Shown: positions 49,675-60,286, counted from the first letter of the stretch. The stretch is 64,000 nt of DNA from an uncultured Rickettsiales bacterium (GCA_964490445.1 CAZBDA010000002.1:6078-70077), one strand, 5' to 3'. Translations and numbers: made by a program. The notes: generated by a model from the sequence alone, not told the origin.

Positions 49675-49800
49675 TGAGTCCTTTCAGGCTATGCCGCCGC
49701 CTGGGAAACCCTCCCTGGCACCCCCATGCAACGGGATCGAAATGATAGGCCGAACGGCAAGGTGCTGCCCGGGCAAATGTGCGGCGCCAGGCAGAAGCTG

Positions 49801-51069
49801 CTACCAGCGCTGAACGATACGGGCCGGGCTGCCATCGCGATGGACGATGGCGGAGAGAAAGCGCTGGCGAATTGCCTGGTCCGCAGCCAGGACGAGGTCG
49901 GCAGGACTGGCCACTGCCTTACCGTTCACCTCGACCACGATGTCTCCGGGCCGAAAGAGCGATCCGCGAGCCACCGCGACCACCTCGAGCCCCGTATCGA
50001 TGAGGATCCGGTCGGCAACATCCGGTGCCACCCGCTGGACACGAACCCGCAGGACCTCGACATCCACTGCCTTGCCGACACGGCCACGAGCCCACTGCGC
50101 ACGATTCTGCAACTGCAGCACGGCCTTGATCGGAGGCTGGCCTGGGCGACGAGCGACAAGACCCAACTCGACACGATCCCCGGGAAAGGCGCTCCCGAAC
50201 ACCTCGGACCAACCGGCCCGACCACGGCAGGGTCGCCCGTCGATTGTGACCACCTGGTCACCCATCTGGACTCCGGCATTGGCCGCTGGCCCGCCAGCAT
50301 AGACCGCAGCGACTCGCAGGCCGCCGCCGCCCTCTTCCTCGAGTCGCAGGCCCGGCCATCCCGGGACCACCTCTTCGCCAGCCAGCAGCAGCCCTATCGC
50401 CGAGCGCACCAACTCCACCGGCATGGCAAAGCCGATCGACTCCCCACGGCTATCGATCGCCGTGTTGACGCCGACCACAAGTCCCTTGGCATCGAACAGA
50501 GGCCCACCAGAGCTGCCCGGATTGATCGCTGCGTCGGTCTGCAGGAAGAGATCGAACTCATCGCGTCCGAGAGAGCGGGCCCGAGCGGAGAGAATTCCTC
50601 GCGTGACGCTGTGGCCGTGTCCGTACGGGTTGCCCACCGCAAACACGTCCTCGCCGACGCGAAGGGTACGCGAATCACCCAGTGTCACCGCCGGCAGGCC
50701 GGCGTCCTGCACCTGCAGTACTGCCAGGTCGATCCCCTCATCGGCACCCAGCAGCTTGGCCTGGAGGACTCGGCCCTGGTGGTCCATGACGAGGATCTCC
50801 GTGGCGCTGCCGATGACGTGCTGATTGGTGACGATCAGGTTGCGCTCAGCATCGATCACGAAGCCCGAACCCAGCGACTCCCAGTGCCGCGGCCCACCGA
50901 AAAAGGCATCCCAGTAGCTTCGTACCTGGCGCACCCCGCTGGTGTGCAGGTTGACCACCGACGGGGCGACGCGCTCGACCAGGTCGGCAAGGGCAGAGTC
51001 AGCGCGAGCCTGCGCGAGCGGGAGTAGCAGGGACGCGAGCAGTGCCCCCAGCGCCAGGCGGACGCTCAT
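49801..51069 (-). CDS. HtrA/DegP-family periplasmic serine protease with PDZ domains
   Basis: Signal peptide. Catalytic triad regions TNQHV, DLAVL, GNSGGPL. Two PDZ-like domains. Confidence 0.85.
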   Translation of the reverse strand: MSVRLALGALLASLLLPLAQARADSALADLVERVAPSVVNLHTSGVRQVRSYWDAFFGGPRHWESLGSGFVIDAERNLIVTNQHVIGSATEILVMDHQGRVLQAKLLGADEGIDLAVLQVQDAGLPAVTLGDSRTLRVGEDVFAVGNPYGHGHSVTRGILSARARSLGRDEFDLFLQTDAAINPGSSGGPLFDAKGLVVGVNTAIDSRGESIGFAMPVELVRSAIGLLLAGEEVVPGWPGLRLEEEGGGGLRVAAVYAGGPAANAGVQMGDQVVTIDGRPCRGRAGWSEVFGSAFPGDRVELGLVARRPGQPPIKAVLQLQNRAQWARGRVGKAVDVEVLRVRVQRVAPDVADRILIDTGLEVVAVARGSLFRPGDIVVEVNGKAVASPADLVLAADQAIRQRFLSAIVHRDGSPARIVQRW

Positions 51070-53522
51070 CTGCTGTCGCGGCGCCGCTGGACTTCCAGTG
51101 CTCCCGCCATACCGACGAGCATGTGCTGGTTGTTGTCGATGCGGCAGTGGTTGTCCACCTGGCCCATCCGATAGGCACCATCCGCCCGGCTCAGGTTGGG
51201 CAACCAGTAGGCATTTCGCTCCGAGAATTGCTGCTCGATCATGTGACGAGATGCCGCCAGCAGGCTGTCCTCGTAAATCGTCGCATCATCGCCCCGTTCC
51301 CAGGCCAGGTGCACGATTGCCCGCAAAGCCTCGCTGCGAGAGCCGGCGCGAGTAGTGCGCGGCGTGTCGTTGGTGCGGCGCCACGAGCCGAGATAGTCCG
51401 GAAACGGCGTATACACGTTCGGGTACTGCTCGGAACTGTAGTGGGTGGCCATGGCATAACCGGACTTCGCATAGCGATTGTCCTTGGTGGCCCGCCACAG
51501 GTGCAGGTAGGCCTGCATGACCCAGTGGTCGGGGACCTGGAAGCGATTCCGCTGGTACGAAGCGAGCTGCCGCTCGCCAATACGCTTGGCGCCGTCCAGC
51601 CAGCGAGGATCCTGGCTGCGATTGTAGAGCTGCATAAGGGCCAGCATGGACTCACCGGGGTAGTAGAGCGGTTCCTTCTTGACCGCATCCATGGAGGTCG
51701 CCTCGCGGTAGTTTCGGAAGACCTTGCCGTCCTTGTCGATCATGTCGAGCAGCGTCAGGCCCAGACCTTCGATGAGCGCCTCGTCATCGTCACGGAAGAG
51801 TGCCTCGCGGTAGCGCTTCGGCACCTTGTTCTTCTCGGGCCGGACCAGGTAGGTAAGAAGCGTGAGTGCAGCTGACCCCGACTGGCAGCGGTTCCTCTTG
51901 TCGCGCTCAAGCAGGCAGATGCGATCGCCCACCTTGTCCGTGTTGGGCTTGCCCACCGCTTCGTAGATGAAGCTCATTGCCCGGGCAGCTCGCTCGAGAT
52001 ACATGTCGCGGTCGTCCGCCAGCGCCTGCTCGTGGAGGGACATCTCGTACATCTCGAACAGCCCGTACACCGAGCCTGCGTGCCGGACAATGTTGTAGTC
52101 CTTGCTGCCACGATCAAGATTCGGGAAGTACTCGTAGTCGAACTTGCCGTCCTCCTTGACGGTGCCAGCCAGCCACCGACCACCGAGCTTGATCGACGCG
52201 AGCAGGTCGGCCTCGGTGGGCTCCCCCTCGAACAACACGTTGCCCCGGTAAAAGTCGGTGGCCGGGCCCTCGGGCTTCACGACTCCGAACGACTGCGTCT
52301 GGAAACGGAACAGCTCGGTGTCCTCCTTCTTCCAATCGTCGAGGCCCAGACCGGCCCACTTGCAGACCTCACGGAACATCGTCTCAAGCTTATTGGTGCG
52401 CTTGTGCTTGCGCGGCGACAGGAATCCGAGGGTTACCGGCTCGGCCGGAATCATCACGCCCTGCTCGTCACCCCGCCTGACAATGAGACCGTCCACGCCA
52501 GGCTCGACCAGGTACCAGAGCGACTTCATGTAGCGGGTCGGCAGGGGGGTCGGCTCGCCAGCAAGGTCAATGGAGAAACGCATCGAGCCCGAGGCCTCGC
52601 GCCACTGGCTGGCAGCTGGGCCGGCAGAGGCCAGTGCGTTGCGTGTCGCAGTCGCGATTGCCGTACCGATGCTGCCGGCACCATGCTCACCCCGTAGGCG
52701 CACTGTGCTGCCTTCACGGAACAGGCTGACGTAGACGGGGTGCTCGAGCTTGTCAGCTAGTTGTCCCACCCCTGCCGCTGCCTCCAACTGCGACGGCAGC
52801 TTGTCGCCTTGCCACTGTGTCCGCAGCGCGGCCCGCACGAGCTGTACCGCAGCTTGCTTCGACGCGTCGTCGAGGACGGGCCCCGAGTAGGGATTCTGCC
52901 AGGCGCGAGCCAGGACATCGGAGGTCATGCCGCCGTCAAATCCGAGTCGCGAGTCCCACTCCTCGGAGGCACCAAAAAAGTGACCTACGGTACCGCCCTC
53001 ATCGATGAGTGCCGCGCTCCGGGGCGACCATCGGGTACTGGTACCGAAGCCGCCGGTGTGATCGACGGCCAGCTTCACCGTGTTGGCTACCTGGCGCTTG
53101 CGCAGCCACGTGTCGAATTCGGCGACCTCAGTGCCCCAGGTAAAGAGCACAACTGTGCGGAAGCCGACGCCGCGCCCCTCACGCACCAGCCGACGCAGCA
53201 TTCGCGTAGCGGCACGGTTCTGGCGGTTGTCGGTGTCCGAATCGATGTAGACCAACAGGGTCGGCCCGCTGACCAGCTCACTGAGCTTGACGACCTCGCC
53301 GCCGCGGGTACGCACTTCGACGTTGAGAGGCACGCTGTCGGTGCCTTCCAGCGCCTTCACCGGGAACTCGATGGGTTCCGCAGGAAAGGTCGAGCTGGCG
53401 AGCTTGGCGGCAGGAGCGCTGTCCGTAACAGTGGGCTCGGCCTTGTCACGACAGGCCAGTGGCCCGATGGCCAGAGCGATGGCCAGGAGTGCAAACAGGA
53501 TTTTCTTGTTGAGATCTTGCAT
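51066..53522 (-). CDS. secreted multidomain hypothetical protein (thioredoxin-like N-region, AMMECR1-like segment, alpha/alpha-barrel-like C-region)
   Basis: Signal peptide MQDLNKKILFALLAIALAIGPLA. A middle segment (..RLRGEHGAGSIG.., ..GLIVRRGDEQGVMIPAE.., ..FREVCKWAGL..) is reminiscent of AMMECR1. No catalytic assignment. Confidence 0.35.
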   Translation of the reverse strand: MQDLNKKILFALLAIALAIGPLACRDKAEPTVTDSAPAAKLASSTFPAEPIEFPVKALEGTDSVPLNVEVRTRGGEVVKLSELVSGPTLLVYIDSDTDNRQNRAATRMLRRLVREGRGVGFRTVVLFTWGTEVAEFDTWLRKRQVANTVKLAVDHTGGFGTSTRWSPRSAALIDEGGTVGHFFGASEEWDSRLGFDGGMTSDVLARAWQNPYSGPVLDDASKQAAVQLVRAALRTQWQGDKLPSQLEAAAGVGQLADKLEHPVYVSLFREGSTVRLRGEHGAGSIGTAIATATRNALASAGPAASQWREASGSMRFSIDLAGEPTPLPTRYMKSLWYLVEPGVDGLIVRRGDEQGVMIPAEPVTLGFLSPRKHKRTNKLETMFREVCKWAGLGLDDWKKEDTELFRFQTQSFGVVKPEGPATDFYRGNVLFEGEPTEADLLASIKLGGRWLAGTVKEDGKFDYEYFPNLDRGSKDYNIVRHAGSVYGLFEMYEMSLHEQALADDRDMYLERAARAMSFIYEAVGKPNTDKVGDRICLLERDKRNRCQSGSAALTLLTYLVRPEKNKVPKRYREALFRDDDEALIEGLGLTLLDMIDKDGKVFRNYREATSMDAVKKEPLYYPGESMLALMQLYNRSQDPRWLDGAKRIGERQLASYQRNRFQVPDHWVMQAYLHLWRATKDNRYAKSGYAMATHYSSEQYPNVYTPFPDYLGSWRRTNDTPRTTRAGSRSEALRAIVHLAWERGDDATIYEDSLLAASRHMIEQQFSERNAYWLPNLSRADGAYRMGQVDNHCRIDNNQHMLVGMAGALEVQRRRDSR

Positions 53523-53591
53523 GGCGCGCACCCTAATCAAACTGCCCTGAACCCACAAGGGAGGGCAACTAGCAGGCGGGAAACAGCGACC

Positions 53592-54743
53592 TTAACGACC
53601 AGCGCGAATATGCCAGGCAGACACCGGCAGGCCGCCATTGCGGAAGCGCACAATCGGCTTGCCCTTTGCACCGAAGGCGCGGGCAAATTCGGGCGCAGGA
53701 GCTAGCAGCAGCAGGTCCCAGCCGGGACGCGTCTCTCGCACTGCGGCACCCCAGGAAGACCAGGTCTCGAGACTGAGGACCTCGTCACCAGCCCCCTCGA
53801 GCCGCCGGCCATAAGGCGGATTCATGACGATGAGGCCGCCGTCGGAGTCCGGCTCGAGATCTTCCAGAGCCCGCTGCTCGATGCGCACCTGCGCCGGCAT
53901 ACCAGCCCGCCGCACGTTGTTCCTGGCTGCGCGCACCGCACCCGACTGCCGGTCCGAGCCCTCAATCCCGGCGCCTCCGCCGTCCGCGACCAGTTGTTCG
54001 CGGCTCTGCTGCAGGAGCTGCTGCCAGCGCGCCTTGTCGAAGCACGGAAATTGCTCAAAGGCGAAGGAACGATCCATGCCCGGCTCACGACGCTGAGCCA
54101 TGCAAGCGCCCTCAATCACGAAGGTCCCGGAACCACACATCGGATCCAGCAGCCGCTGAGCAGGCGTCCAGCCCACCCTCTGCAGCAGGGACGCGGCGAT
54201 CGTCTCACGCAGAGGCGCCTTGGCAGTCTCCTTGCGGTAGCCACGCCGATGCAGTCCAGCACCCGACGTATCGACGCAGACAACGAAGTGGTCCGCGGTG
54301 CCACGGATATCGACCGCGCAGGACGGCCCCTTTGCCCTACCGTCTCGCGGCCCGGCAGGGGCCCGCACGTCGAGTCCCCTGCCCACCATGGCCTCGAGCA
54401 GAGCTTCGTGCATGGCACCGGTGTGAAACAGGCGGCAGGCCCGGGTACTCGCGTGGAGCCGGACCGAGCTTCCCCGCGGAACCCAGTTTTCCCAGGCAAT
54501 GGACGCTACCTGATCGCCCCACTCCGTCATCACCCGCGCCGAGAACGCACCCACCTGAAGCAGGATCCGCTCGGCAGTACGAAGCCTCAGGTTGGTGCGG
54601 TACACAGCATCAGCCGGTCCTTCGAAGAAGATGCGCCCGGCGCGCGCTGTGGTCTTGCCGATCCCCCCGCCGAGGGCGCGGACCTCGCGAGCCACGACCT
54701 TGTCGAAACCGATGGGGATAGCGGCAACCAGTTGCAGGGTCAT
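53592..54743 (-). CDS. THUMP-domain class I SAM-dependent RNA methyltransferase (RlmL/RlmK-like)
   Basis: N-terminal THUMP-like region. SAM motif LLDPMCGSGTFVIEG. Amino-methyltransferase motif IVMNPPYG. Confidence 0.75.
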   Translation of the reverse strand: MTLQLVAAIPIGFDKVVAREVRALGGGIGKTTARAGRIFFEGPADAVYRTNLRLRTAERILLQVGAFSARVMTEWGDQVASIAWENWVPRGSSVRLHASTRACRLFHTGAMHEALLEAMVGRGLDVRAPAGPRDGRAKGPSCAVDIRGTADHFVVCVDTSGAGLHRRGYRKETAKAPLRETIAASLLQRVGWTPAQRLLDPMCGSGTFVIEGACMAQRREPGMDRSFAFEQFPCFDKARWQQLLQQSREQLVADGGGAGIEGSDRQSGAVRAARNNVRRAGMPAQVRIEQRALEDLEPDSDGGLIVMNPPYGRRLEGAGDEVLSLETWSSWGAAVRETRPGWDLLLLAPAPEFARAFGAKGKPIVRFRNGGLPVSAWHIRAGR

Positions 54744-54758
54744 GGCAGCGACAGCGAT

Positions 54759-57700
54759 CTATTCGAGGGGCGGTGGGGGGATGAGAAAGGGCTCCTGCGA
54801 TGCACCTGGATAAGCAAGCTCCAGGTGCTCAACGAGGACGCGTGAAGGAGTGGTGACGACCATCGGCAGCCCGGACACAGAACCCGGGCGACCGCCCGCA
54901 GAGGTCGAGCCCAGGTAGGCCATGGTGCGGACGCCGCCACCCACGCCAGCGATGTCCCGGAGCGTACGACGATCAATCCCCTGGAACTCGAGCAACAGGA
55001 CCGGCTCTTCGCGACCGTCGGCATAACGCCAGACGGCGCCGGTCGGGGCCGACACCGAGCCCTGACGCGAGCGGACCAGGTCCCGGATCACCAGGACCCG
55101 GTCGTTGCCCGCTGCCTGCTGCGCCTTGGCGACCAGTCGGGCAAAGTCACGGTCATTCAGGTTGCGGGGAGAGGTCACAGTCCAGTTGCTGAGACGCCCG
55201 GCACGATGGCCACCAATGCCGCCGCGGGCATGGCCGTTACTGCCGCTTACCTCTGCACGGGGAATCCTGGACATGGCGAAGTCCACGACGCGGCCGTCGC
55301 GAACCAGTTCTACGCGGGTCGCCGGGGCGCCTTCCTGGTCATAGCGATAGCCGCCCGGAAAGGTCTCGTGGCTGAGAGTCGGGTCATCGACGACCTGCCA
55401 GCCTGCCGGCAGCACCTTGCGGTTCAAGCGGGGGCCCCGACGAGTCTGCTGCTGGTACGACCGGCCCGCCTCGGGCGACGGCGGCGTGCCATGCAGCGAC
55501 GGCGGCACGATCTGGACGAACAGCTGTGATGCAGCGCGGCCTTCGAAGAGCACCGGGCCCTCGTAGTAGGGCACGACGGTCGCTGAGATCCGCGACTGCA
55601 GGGACTCGCCCATCGCCTTCACCTCGGCCGAGATCTCGGCGAGGGATGGGAGGTCTGCCTCGCTACGAACCAACCACTGGCGGTGGTCGCTAATCTTCAG
55701 TCCGTCGCTCCGCGCAGCGCTCGCTCTGGCCAGCACCACCGTGTATCCGTACGGCTGGACGATAAGGGTCCCGTCGCTACGCACCAGGTACTCGTTGCCA
55801 CGGATGGTCCTGGCCGTCACGGTCCCGGTCAGCAGGCCTGCGCCGCGCAAGGTTGCCGAAGTGGATACCGCGATCTCGTTGAGAAGCTCGCGGGGGATGG
55901 GCTCGGGGCTACGGGGCGCAACGTGCACCACCGGCGGTAGAGTCGCCAGGTCCGGCGGAGGCTTGTCGCCCACCGCAGTGGACCGCGACGACACCTTGAA
56001 GGCGTAGCGCTGCCGCGCCGCCTTGTAGCTGTGGTCACCGATGAGCCAGAAGTCCCGGGGCACGTTCTCACCTCGGTCCTCGACCACCAGCGTAGCCTGG
56101 ACGATCGCATGCGGAAGGGAAGCAACTCCGCCACCCCGGATCCGACTGGAGTTCAGCTCCTCCGTACCGACCACGACTTCCATGCTGGCAGGCCGACTGG
56201 CGCCTCCGTTGGTGTTGCGCAAAGCCCCGAAGTCGGCAACAGCGGTATGCCGGTCCAGGTCGCGCACCACAATCTCGGTCCAGGCCGGTGACGGCTGGCC
56301 ATCCAGAGACAACTGCTGTGATGCTCTGACAGCCGCCTCCAGTTGCTTGACCAGGCGATCCGCTGAGCCAGCCTCGGGCGAGGGACCAGGAGGACTCAGA
56401 AGGGGCGGCTTGGACTGGCCCTTGAGCTGACGTTGCGCTTCCACCTGGGAGACAAGCAACGACGGAGCGGCAGCGCTGACCGGCACCCAACCGCTCTCGG
56501 CACCGCAGCTGCCATTGAATACCTCGACCTGTTCACCCGCCGCCACGATCTGGGAGAAGGTCTGCAGCGGGGTTCCGATGAAGTCAATTCCCCGCACCAA
56601 CTCGTCGGGACGACCGTCGACGAAGATGCGTCGCGCCAGCAACACGCTGATCTTGTAGGCATTCGGCAGGAAGGTGCCCGTAAAGGTGAAGCCGCCCGAG
56701 ATGTCCTCGATGTAGAGGCCGTACTCCAAGCCGGCCCGCTTCGCCAACTTGCGCAGCTTCTTGCGAAGCTCCGCATCGGAGATGCTCTTGTGGGCAGTCA
56801 CCAGCAGGTTGCCCTGACGCGCAACCACTGCCCGACCCGCCTGGCGACGGCCGTGCGCGTTGCTCCGTCCGCCTTCGGTGGCCGGTGATCGACTCTCGAG
56901 GAAACCCTTGAGTACGCCCTTGTCTACCAGCGTGACCGGCGCGCTACGGACACCCTGGTTGTCGAACGCATAGGCCCCCCTCAGGTCGATTCCCTCGGCC
57001 TGCGAGAGGGAGGGGTCATCATGGACCGACAGGAACTTGGGCAGGATCGATTCGCCGACCCGGTTCAAGAAGGTCTGGCCGTTGTCGACCTGCTTGAGAC
57101 GGCTTCCCTCTACACGATGACCGAAGATCTCGTGAAAGAACACCGCTGCGGCCCTGCCGCTCAGGATCGCCGGACCGCTGTAGGGTTGCTCACGGGGTGC
57201 AGCGCGCAACGCTACCAGCTGCTTCTCCAACTCTTTGGCCACCGCCGTAAGCCCAGCCGCATCAGGCAGCGTGTCGCTGCTGGCCGTATCGACGGCCTCG
57301 TAAATCTGAATGCGATCGCCATCCGATGCGACGGTGTCAGCCGTAACGCCCATGCGGAAGCGCTTCCTTCCATGGCGTACGCGGTGTCCTTCGGAGCTGA
57401 CAAACCACTGGTTGGTCACCTCGGCGGTCAGGCTCACCGAGGGGTCCAGTGCCGTCGCACTGCTGCTAAAGACCGCGGATGCCGTGCGCACGGCGTCCTC
57501 CAGGACTTGCAGGTCCAGGTCCTCTAGTGACGCGAGGGGCAGAATCTCCTGCTCCGGCTCCGCGGGCGCGAGGTCCAATCCCTTGCCCTCCTCGGCCACC
57601 AGCACCTTCTTCTCCGACTCCACCTGTTGCATCCGCTCGCGGCTTTCGCGGTAGGCGTGTTCGACCTCTCGCCAGATGGCCCGACGCAAGACACCGACGT

Positions 57701-58079
57701 CAGAGCCAGAACCCAACTCACGGCCTGAGCGGCTGTAGTCGGAGTTGCTTTCACGCAGAGGGTGGGTCGAATCCATGCTGGGATCGCCCAGCCGCACATC
57801 CGCATGCACAATTCGCCGGCTGCCCAGACGGTAGCCCTGCAAGCCACCCTCCTCGCCGTGCATCTTCACCCCCTGCAACTCGATGACCTCCAGGCCGATG
57901 AAGTAAGGCACCTGCTCCTTCTTGCTGAGCAACTCCTGGCTCCTGCGAAGTTCGAGCTCCAGGGCCTCGAGAACCGGGTCCGAATCAGCCGTCGGAGGCA
58001 CTTCACCGGCAGTCACCGGGACAGACAGAAGCAAGACGGCTAGTGAGACGAAGGAGGCAAAAAGGTGGTTTGGCTTCAT
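54759..58079 (-). CDS. secreted tandem TldD/PmbA-family (peptidase U62) metalloprotease fusion
   Basis: Signal peptide MKPNHLFASFVSLAVLLLSVPVTA. Two TldD/PmbA-like modules (..AVFFHEIFGHRVEGSR.. and a second C-terminal copy) in a single 1100-aa polypeptide. Confidence 0.65.
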   Translation of the reverse strand: MKPNHLFASFVSLAVLLLSVPVTAGEVPPTADSDPVLEALELELRRSQELLSKKEQVPYFIGLEVIELQGVKMHGEEGGLQGYRLGSRRIVHADVRLGDPSMDSTHPLRESNSDYSRSGRELGSGSDVGVLRRAIWREVEHAYRESRERMQQVESEKKVLVAEEGKGLDLAPAEPEQEILPLASLEDLDLQVLEDAVRTASAVFSSSATALDPSVSLTAEVTNQWFVSSEGHRVRHGRKRFRMGVTADTVASDGDRIQIYEAVDTASSDTLPDAAGLTAVAKELEKQLVALRAAPREQPYSGPAILSGRAAAVFFHEIFGHRVEGSRLKQVDNGQTFLNRVGESILPKFLSVHDDPSLSQAEGIDLRGAYAFDNQGVRSAPVTLVDKGVLKGFLESRSPATEGGRSNAHGRRQAGRAVVARQGNLLVTAHKSISDAELRKKLRKLAKRAGLEYGLYIEDISGGFTFTGTFLPNAYKISVLLARRIFVDGRPDELVRGIDFIGTPLQTFSQIVAAGEQVEVFNGSCGAESGWVPVSAAAPSLLVSQVEAQRQLKGQSKPPLLSPPGPSPEAGSADRLVKQLEAAVRASQQLSLDGQPSPAWTEIVVRDLDRHTAVADFGALRNTNGGASRPASMEVVVGTEELNSSRIRGGGVASLPHAIVQATLVVEDRGENVPRDFWLIGDHSYKAARQRYAFKVSSRSTAVGDKPPPDLATLPPVVHVAPRSPEPIPRELLNEIAVSTSATLRGAGLLTGTVTARTIRGNEYLVRSDGTLIVQPYGYTVVLARASAARSDGLKISDHRQWLVRSEADLPSLAEISAEVKAMGESLQSRISATVVPYYEGPVLFEGRAASQLFVQIVPPSLHGTPPSPEAGRSYQQQTRRGPRLNRKVLPAGWQVVDDPTLSHETFPGGYRYDQEGAPATRVELVRDGRVVDFAMSRIPRAEVSGSNGHARGGIGGHRAGRLSNWTVTSPRNLNDRDFARLVAKAQQAAGNDRVLVIRDLVRSRQGSVSAPTGAVWRYADGREEPVLLLEFQGIDRRTLRDIAGVGGGVRTMAYLGSTSAGGRPGSVSGLPMVVTTPSRVLVEHLELAYPGASQEPFLIPPPPLE

Positions 58080-58109
58080 TGCAGTTCCAGGCAACTCAGT
58101 GAATGGAAG

Positions 58110-59531
58110 TCAGGAGCGAACGAAGGCTGCAGCATAGAAGCCGTCGGTGCCGTGACGATGAGGGTACATACGTACAACCCGTCCGTCGCCAACTTGTTCC
58201 GCGAGAGTCGAACCGAGCAGTTCGGTCGATGGCCGCAGAGTAAACTCGGGGTGGCAAGCGAGGAATCGATCGCTCACCTCTTCGTTCTCGCTCGACAGCA
58301 CGGAACAGGTGGCATAGACGAGCAAGCCGCCACTGCGGACCAGGGGTGCGAAGCGGTCGAGGATCCCTGCCTGCTTCGCGGGCAGGGCGGCAAGTTCGAG
58401 AGGCGACAGGTGCCAGCGCTGCTGCGGATTCCGACGCAGAGCGCCGGTTCCTGAACAGGGAGCATCCACCAGCACTCTGTCGATGCCGCCGATCAAGTTC
58501 TGCAGTTCTGGGGGCAGGCCGCCCTGCTCCTCCAGCAGCACCGGCTGAACGCAGGTCAAGCCGCTCCGACGTAAGCGTCTAGCGGCCTCTTTGAGGGCTC
58601 CCTGCCGCACATCTCCGGCGAACAACCGACCGCGACCCGCCATGGCTGCGCCCAGGGCCAGGGTCTTGCCGCCAGCACCGCTACAGGCATCCAGCACTAC
58701 CTGGCCCGGCGACGCAGCCACGAGTTCGGCGATGACCTGGCTGCCCTCGTCCTGCACCTCGAGCCGGCCCTCGCGCACCCCGGCCAGGGAGTTCACGTCC
58801 AGGTGCGAACCGAGGACGATACCGTGTCGGCTGTAACGACTCGCGCGGGCTACTACCTTTGCTGCTCGTAACTCCGCCAACGCCTGGTCCCGCTCGATCT
58901 GCCCTGAATTCACGCGCAGGCACAGGGGGGCGCGCTCGTTGAGCGCCAGTCCGAGAGCGACCGCTTCGGGCAGGCCGTCGTAATCAGCGCTGAACTCAGC
59001 AAACAGACGCTCACCGAGCCAGGCCGGCAGCGACACGGCGACAGAGAATGCCGCTGCGGTGTCGGGCTGGTCCTCGAGCAGCCATCCCTGCAAGGCGTGC
59101 AGTGGATCCGCGAGCAAGTCCCAGTCAATCTCCGCGCGTCCACCCAGAGGCCCTACCTTCTCCGCCGGCAGGCCCAGCAGCATGACCAGGCCACCGAGAA
59201 CGTAGGCGCGGTCCAGAGCCCCTCCGACAGCAGCCTCGCTGAGACCGGCGCGCTGCAGAACCACTTCGAGGCTCCGGTGATGTCGGCCGAGGCCGTGCAG
59301 AAGTTCGCCCAGCAGGCGACGCTGCGCCGACGGAAGGATGCTACGGCCCTTGCGCTGAGCCCCCGAGACCACCGCACGAGCGCGTCGCCAGTCGGTGCGC
59401 AGACGTCCGTAGGCATCGCAGGCCAACTCCATGAACGCGGGAGACGGCACCACATCCTGCGAGAACAGACCACCCACCTGCGGCCGAGGGACGGCCACCT
59501 CCAGGAGTTTCCACGCGACACTGTCCCTCAC
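58110..59531 (-). CDS. rsmB: 16S rRNA (cytosine-C5) methyltransferase, RsmB/Sun/NOL1 family
   Basis: SAM motif VLDACSGAGGKT. Catalytic motifs DRVLVDAPCSGTG and VYATCS. N-terminal NusB-like domain. Confidence 0.8.
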   Translation of the reverse strand: MRDSVAWKLLEVAVPRPQVGGLFSQDVVPSPAFMELACDAYGRLRTDWRRARAVVSGAQRKGRSILPSAQRRLLGELLHGLGRHHRSLEVVLQRAGLSEAAVGGALDRAYVLGGLVMLLGLPAEKVGPLGGRAEIDWDLLADPLHALQGWLLEDQPDTAAAFSVAVSLPAWLGERLFAEFSADYDGLPEAVALGLALNERAPLCLRVNSGQIERDQALAELRAAKVVARASRYSRHGIVLGSHLDVNSLAGVREGRLEVQDEGSQVIAELVAASPGQVVLDACSGAGGKTLALGAAMAGRGRLFAGDVRQGALKEAARRLRRSGLTCVQPVLLEEQGGLPPELQNLIGGIDRVLVDAPCSGTGALRRNPQQRWHLSPLELAALPAKQAGILDRFAPLVRSGGLLVYATCSVLSSENEEVSDRFLACHPEFTLRPSTELLGSTLAEQVGDGRVVRMYPHRHGTDGFYAAAFVRS

Positions 59532-60286
59532 GGCCAGTCCCCTGGAATCGGAAGTTCGGGAAGCGGGTCCGATGGCCAGCCCTGCAAAGTCGCGTGGTGC
59601 AGATAAAACCGTCCATGACCCAGCGGATCCGGGCTGCCGCCGTACAGCTTGTCACCCAGCAGCGCCAATCCGGCGGCAGCAGCGTGCACACGCACCTGGT
59701 GCATCACGCCGGTCGACATCGTCGCCTGCCAGAGCCCATAGCTTCCGGCCTCCCTACCGACTCTGCGGAAGCTGGTCTGCGCCTCGTACCACCGACCTCG
59801 ATGCGGCGTCGAACGACCCCGCTGCCAGGTCATCCGGGTGCGCTTACGCTTGTCGTGGGCAAGCGCATGCTCGAGGTGATGTTCATCCCAGTCGACATCT
59901 CGATCACTGAGAAAGAAGTAGCTCTTGCGCAGGCGACGCTCGGCGAAAGCAGCTCGAGCCTCGGCAAGGGCCTCCAGCGAGCGCGCAGCGATGACCAGCC
60001 CCGAGGTCCAGTTGTCGAGACGATGAACGAGCCCCCCCGCAAACCCCTCAGGCCACTGCGAGCCGGTACCGGGCTGTTCCTGCTCCGGGAGCAGGGACAG
60101 CAACAATGAGCAGAGGCTGTCACCCACAGAGCCATCGTGCCGGTCGAATACCGGCACCCCGGACGGTTTGCTCAGGTACAGGAACGAGGCGTCCGAAGAC
60201 ACCACGACATCGGCTCTGGACACGCTCAGCTCTCCTGCTCGTCCGCACAGGGGCTGCGCCCGGTACTCTTGCCCCACCGGGCACAC
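59528..60286 (-). CDS. RluA-family pseudouridine synthase
   Basis: Catalytic-Asp motif GLVHRLDNWTSG. Conserved HQVRVH motif. 4-bp overlap with rsmB. Confidence 0.75.
   Translation of the reverse strand: MCPVGQEYRAQPLCGRAGELSVSRADVVVSSDASFLYLSKPSGVPVFDRHDGSVGDSLCSLLLSLLPEQEQPGTGSQWPEGFAGGLVHRLDNWTSGLVIAARSLEALAEARAAFAERRLRKSYFFLSDRDVDWDEHHLEHALAHDKRKRTRMTWQRGRSTPHRGRWYEAQTSFRRVGREAGSYGLWQATMSTGVMHQVRVHAAAAGLALLGDKLYGGSPDPLGHGRFYLHHATLQGWPSDPLPELPIPGDWP

Noticed and set aside
53994-54845. 283-aa plus-strand ORF antisense to the THUMP methyltransferase
   Set aside because: Shadow ORF. The opposite strand carries the SAM and NPPY motifs.
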